Shown piece after piece: positions 60,819 through 64,000 of a DNA stretch of 64,000 nucleotides. The stretch's first letter is position 1, and the number at the start of each line of letters is the position of its first letter. Position numbers and translations under genes: made by a program. The notes beneath the pieces were generated by a model that did not search any database, had not been told where the DNA came from, and saw only the letters and a program-made list of their open reading frames with translations. The stretch is from Paraphysomonas bandaiensis (lineage: Eukaryota; Protista; Chrysophyceae). The stretch covers positions 62,001 through 126,000 of the forward strand of contig CBFFRP010000153.1 of the NCBI GenBank assembly GCA_965644295.1, in the 5' to 3' direction.

Positions 60819-63800
60819 TCAATCAAAAATCGGATGATCGGGCGACATGTCGTATTTCCTTAGCATTTCCAGAGCCACAACGCGATAGTGATCATTGGAA
60901 ATGCAATCAGAATTAAACACTTGGCGGCAAGCATACATTTCTGCACACCAAAATGCTCGACCAAAAGTAAATTGGCTATACTTGCTGATCGAATACTCAG
61001 CCATCTCCATTCTGAAAAATGACAACGGTAGCTTCGTGCCACATGATGTAACACATTCTCCCCAAGTATTCACTCTATTATTTAACCTCACCATCTTCAT
61101 CAAGAGCGTTTCCTTCAGGACAATCAAGCACGGTATTCCCACCGAAAATTGCTCCAGCTTTACCAACAACGCCGCAGTGTGCTGCCTCATGCGATGGGCT
61201 AGTCCACCACCCCTGTCAAAATGTAGATATACATCATTCGCTAATATTGCCAGACAAGAAAACGCCGTCATAAATGTACAAACAATTCCAATAGGACTAA
61301 CATCATTACGTTGGGAAAATTTATGAGCAGAGAATACTAGTAGAGTGGAACATTTTCTTCGAAGTGCAATATCAGGAGATAAGAAATGCTTCGTAAAAAC
61401 GGCAAGGATGCCGTTCAATGCATGTCGATACATTTCCCCATAGTGACCTTGCTGCGTATTCTCCAGAAGAGTTAGGTTATTCTTAGCCAGTGAAAATTTA
61501 CAACCCAGCGTATTGATAACTATCTTTAGCTCCAAACACCACACCTTGTACAATGCAGTACCAGATCCCCTATTCGATAAAGCTGCCGCATTATCACTCA
61601 TCAGAACCTCAGCTGATGCAACATCCCCTCCAAGAAAATCAACCCAGGCGCGAGAATTCCACAACTCAAACTGAAGTAGTCTCGAGTCCTCAATTTGACA
61701 CATATGTCCACAATAGAGATCAACCCGAGCTGCGTCAAAGTCAGCCACTGATGCGCTCTTAAAAGCGGAGTGATAATGAAACTTCGCTTTGGCTACTGCT
61801 TCAATGACACTAGAATCCTCGCATAAGGTAATGGCATCAGTCATGGACTTAGATGAAGCAGTGATGTTGCCATTGCACATCTGAATCGTCGACTGCAAAG
61901 CCAGGGCAGCTATATACTCTGAATTCTTTCTTTTTTTTAGCAGTAAAACAGCATGCGCTATATAAGCAGAAGCAGAAGTGATATCACCACGCATCAAACA
62001 CACTTCTGCTTGGGCACAATACAACGCAGCAAAGGTCTTTGTATGGTGCTCTGCTATATTGCGGCGGCTACAGCCAATCGACCAAGGAACATAATTGATG
62101 CCCGGGCCGCCAATATGTCTAGCCAATAAGAACAAATTATTACTCATCGCAAATCTCCGGCGTCTAAACACGCAAAGTGATATTATAAGAGCTTACAGAA
62201 TACGCGTGAAACACACCTGAACTCAAGCAGACTTAGTTCGCTGAGGTATATCATCAAGAGATATCTTGATATGGCTTGACATTGAATCCGTATATGACCC
62301 TTCATCTCACTCGCAACAAGGTAGCGCTTTGTTACAAATACGGACTCAAATTGGGCGTAGTTGTGCAACGATAGAGAACATCGCCTCTTATTAGGGCTGT
62401 GATAGTACTGTTTCAGTACATCAGCCACGGATGCGCATCCCGTTGCAATGCCAACAAGGTGTTCATAGTACTCGTAGGAATCAGCTAGTAAATTATTGCT
62501 ACCAGTTTGATGAGCGGCCTTTTCGGCATATAAAATTTCCTTGGTTCGATCATCAGTATGCGCGAAATGAAATGCTAAATATGTTATCACATGATCAGAA
62601 AATTTAGACGGCCATCGTAGATAATGTTCTTCTATTGCGCGAGCTATACATGAATGAATCGACTTTTTCTGACTGTCAAGCATGAGAAGACAGACATACT
62701 CTCTAATGCACTTGTCTGAAAAAGTATAAGTAGCCGTGCTATTGCTGCGATTCCCAGAAGCTGAACTATTCAAGTAAGGCACAACGCCATAGGTTTTCCT
62801 CACAAGACGCCTGGAAGTGAGTTCAGACATGTGTATGAGAAGATTATCCGCAATGGAAAAAAAATCCATGTTTTGTAGCACCTCATCCACCAGATCCACA
62901 CAGAACTTCGTCCCGCAGATTGCAGCAACTTTCAAAACGACTTGACTTTCGGCACTGAGGCCGTCAACTGCAGCCTGTGCAACTTTGTTGATTCCTCCTC
63001 CATCGCTATCTTGCGACTTGCCTATTGTTGACCGGAGGTCATGAACAAGTTTAACTACAGACCCTGGGACACCATTGTCACTGTTTCTGAGTATATTTAA
63101 GATCGAACCCTCAGAAACTGCGTTAGGTGCCTCAGAAATTAACTTTGGGCCCAAAATCGTCTCAATCGCTACTCGGATGTCGCGGGCACTAAAGTGCTTT
63201 AGCAAAATTACATTGCATAGCTTCTTTAGGTCATTAATTGACACCACGTGGCCACTGTCGACAATAGAATCTGCTCGCATGTACGACATCCTTCGTGTGG
63301 ACTCCTTTGGACGCATCGTACCAATGAAGCACCCTGACTTGATTCTCTTCATCATGCGCAAAAGCACTCTGTAAGAATCTTTGTCACACCACTGTAAGTC
63401 TTCTATTATAAGTGTTCTACTAGAGCTCGTATTAACGGTTTCGCTTAAAACAAATTCTAACAGTGCTGTCAGGTATAATTCATTCTCTGATTTCGTGATC
63501 ATCTCACTTTCACTTTCGGGCAACGTACCAATGCTTAATATCAAAGGAATGATTGCACTGATGTGCTTCGAATCGATAACGTTTTCATCACAAGCTGGCT
63601 TTTCCGTACATCTAACAGTATCACATTCATATGGATCTACTTCCTCGATCTGGGGACAGCTCATTGACAGGTTATTATTCCTTTGCCTCCATGCAAACTT
63701 GACAGTATCGGGACATTTTGGCTTTTGCTTCAACACAAACCAGACGTCTGCATAACTTGTTTTCGAATGTAAAGACAGTACTTCCACAAGTTTATCGTTA

Positions 63801-64000
63801 CAATCGTCAGTGAAGCTCATAATACTATCACTGGTGTGTGCAGATGAGTTTGTATCCACATGAAATAGTTCTCGCAAAATGTGCAAAACCGTTTCGTATG
63901 AATCTCCCATACTCGCCAAATGACAGCATATTACTGGTGTGTTACGTAAAAGCGCGTCTTCGATATCGACGATATACTTTACTAGTGTCGTCTTACCGAA
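60819..64000 (-). CDS. STAND-class (AAA_16/sAC-like) P-loop ATPase with C-terminal helical/TPR-like region, 5'-partial
   Basis: Walker A end GKTTLV at the window edge; Walker B LIIEDLQWCD; VDGLS..QVVLKVAAICG.F; Y.F....IREY; H..IA; LAFHF. Intron near 62160-62216. Confidence 0.8.

Overview
Eukaryotic nuclear DNA with short (~45-55 nt) GT-AG introns and compact, often divergently paired genes. It is most likely from a stramenopile; this is inferred from a GPCR-PIP kinase fusion and stramenopile-style hAT and Crypton remnants. About 14 host genes are readable: GPCR-PIPK, a VOC/glyoxalase protein, HYPK, two GT8 glycogenin-like paralogs, a 3-RRM protein, ProX-ProRS, a ubiquitin-like-eL41 fusion, a membrane-anchored bZIP, a GH31 glucosidase, a class I aminotransferase, a TRAF-Zn/LamG protein, a sulfotransferase, a Spinster-type MFS and a partial STAND ATPase. 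Mobile DNA includes an intact young Copia element (TG..TA LTRs), a young non-autonomous chromodomain Gypsy element with an apparent Tf1-like self-priming site, solo LTRs, three copies of a hAT family, a LINE RT fragment and a decayed Crypton-like recombinase. The most unusual signal is a repeat family seen as four composite insertions plus two lone ends. Each composite has a conserved long non-coding arm, a variable 5'-truncated ORF tail and an inverted short arm. The long arm can fold with HDV-ribozyme-like topology. All alignments and folds were done by eye.
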